A DNA stretch of 64,000 bases. Source: Paragordius varius. Its lineage: Eukaryota > Animalia > Nematomorpha. A program made the translations under genes and the position numbers. The stretch lies in the NCBI GenBank assembly GCA_964247055.1, contig OZ176050.1, positions 11,904,001 to 11,968,000 on the forward strand, in the 5' to 3' direction. This document shows, piece by piece, positions 62,352 to 64,000 of this stretch. The notes under the pieces were generated by a model that saw only the letters and a program-made list of their open reading frames with translations, made no database searches and was not told the DNA's origin. How positions within the stretch are numbered: the stretch's first letter is position 1; the number at the start of each line of letters is the position of its first letter.

Positions 62352-63284
62352 TTTTAAATGGTAGTAAGTCATTTAAATCAATCGAATGTAAAAGTTATTT
62401 GGATTTAAATGGTCGAAATTTTCAATCCTTAAATAAGTCAGGAATTTTCACAGACAAACTAATTTGAAAATCATATAAATTATTTTAATATAATTATTAG
62501 GGTTATATTAATATTTAATTTAAAAAATGTTTGAAAAAGCTTTTGGTTTGCTTTTTAAATAAAAATTATTATTATCATAAATATTTTACCTAGTGGATAC
62601 TAAAATGCATAGTTATAACTGTAAATTTATTACATAATGGCTATAAAAGATCAAAAATACCTTAAACTTTGTTTTTATCTTTAAAATTTCGAAATTATCA
62701 GCCTTATAAAGAAAATAAATTAATATTGATGAGATGGTAATTTTTAAAAAACAAAAAGCTTAAAAATGGTTGTTTTGAGTGACATAAAAGCAATAAAAAA
62801 ATGTTTTAATCAAAAAAACTTTCTTGTGTTATCTTTTTTGGACATTCATCACCATCTAAACAAAGTTTGAGCTATTTTCATCCATTAGTTTTAAAAATAT
62901 AATAATTAAAAAAATACTCTCGCTTCGCGCGTTTGTCGCTCTTTGTGTCCAATATTAACTGTCGATGTAATACATATTATGCATTTTATAGAGTTTTTAT
63001 TACTCTTTCGAATGATATATTACAAATGGGAATTACTTGTATATTTTCAAAGAAAAATATTTTTTAGTAAAATTTTGATAAAGAGGGCGCATAATCAAAA
63101 AAATCAAATTATACAAAATTCTTCCAACGAGTTATAATTTTTATTTCAGATTTACTGTTAAAATGATACTAAATATCAGAAAATTCAAAAAACTCGAGTG
63201 GCAGAAAAATTTGTTGTCCAGTGTTATTTATATAATTTGTATTTATGGGTGTACTAGCATTATCATAATATATATTATCATTTC

Positions 63285-63813
63285 TTTGAGGAATGACATT
63301 GCTCATAGAATCAGACAAGAATGGGCCAAATTCAATCAATTAAAATAATTTTAACTAATAAAAATATCAAATCGAATCAAAAGATAAAGATTTACAAAAT
63401 GGGAATAAGGCCAGCTATGACATACGCTACAGAAACCTGGGCCCTTACGGCAACAGACCTAAATAAACTTACTAGAGCTGAAAATCACATGCTCAAAATC
63501 TGCAACAATAATTTTGATAATACCATAGAAGAAGATGAACCCATAGCTCTATTCATTCAGCGCAATCGATTGCGATATTCGGACATATTCAACGTATGAA
63601 TTCCGATAACTGGGTACAAAAAATACAACATTTAAATATACCCGGCCCAAACAGAAAAGGCCGCCCTAAACTCTTATGGTCTAAACAGCTGACCCAAGAT
63701 CTATCACAAGTCAATATTGAACACGAACTAGTCTTTGATAGAACATTGTTCAGAAAGTTGGTGCATGGAAACCCCAGATACCCTGGGACCTAAAAAGGGA
63801 TGGATGGATGGAT
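63285..63813 (+). mobile_element. 5'-truncated RTE-clade LINE (3' end of RT ORF)
   Basis: NDIAHRIRQEWAKF...KIKIYKMGIRPAMTYATETWALT...IQRNRLR...GRPKLLWSKQLTQDL...DRTLFR, with frameshifts and a (GATG)n tail. Confidence 0.85.
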
Positions 63814-64000
63814 ATTTTTAAAAACTTAAATTATCGATTTCTGAATGATTAAAACTAGATTTTGATTTAAAAGTTGGGATGAATTAAGATAATAGGTTAA
63901 AAATAATAAAATATATTAATGATGCACCGTTTGATTGATCAAAGTCAAAAACAATTTAAAACATTTAAGGACCAACTTGAAGCGTCAAAGACACTCTTGA

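Overview
Very AT-rich, intron-containing animal (invertebrate) genomic DNA. By hand-splicing I reconstruct six protein-coding genes. (1) The 3' part of a cystine-knot secreted-factor-like gene that the ORF track misses entirely (+, ~86-1170). (2) ADF/cofilin (+, 10941-11501). (3) A BMP type I receptor of the BMPR1/thickveins class (-, 15498-22985). (4) An OS-9-family MRH ER lectin, head-to-head with the receptor and only 104 bp from it (+, 23090-~26769). (5) A highly divergent class C GPCR (-, 28323-34077). (6) Sec23 (+, 45832-58976). The rest is dense with transposon relics: a Gypsy LTR element, a Mos1-like mariner, hAT elements with TSDs, an RTE LINE 3' end, a ~580-bp TTAA/piggyBac-type MITE family in nested and tandem arrays, TA-target MITEs, a 1.2-kb foldback, a possible Helitron, and a head-to-head pair of DNA-transposase copies. 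Four things stand out. GT-AG introns of only 24-31 nt occur in host genes and inside a transposase. Sec23 carries a ~150-aa Q/N/M/P/G prion-like insertion. The GPCR has a ~310-aa insertion in its Venus-flytrap domain with four RxxR sites, and it has lost glutamate-binding residues. The receptor and lectin share an ultra-compact bidirectional promoter. All gene models are manual reconstructions and family assignments come from remembered motifs, not database searches. The taxon is not determined from the sequence.
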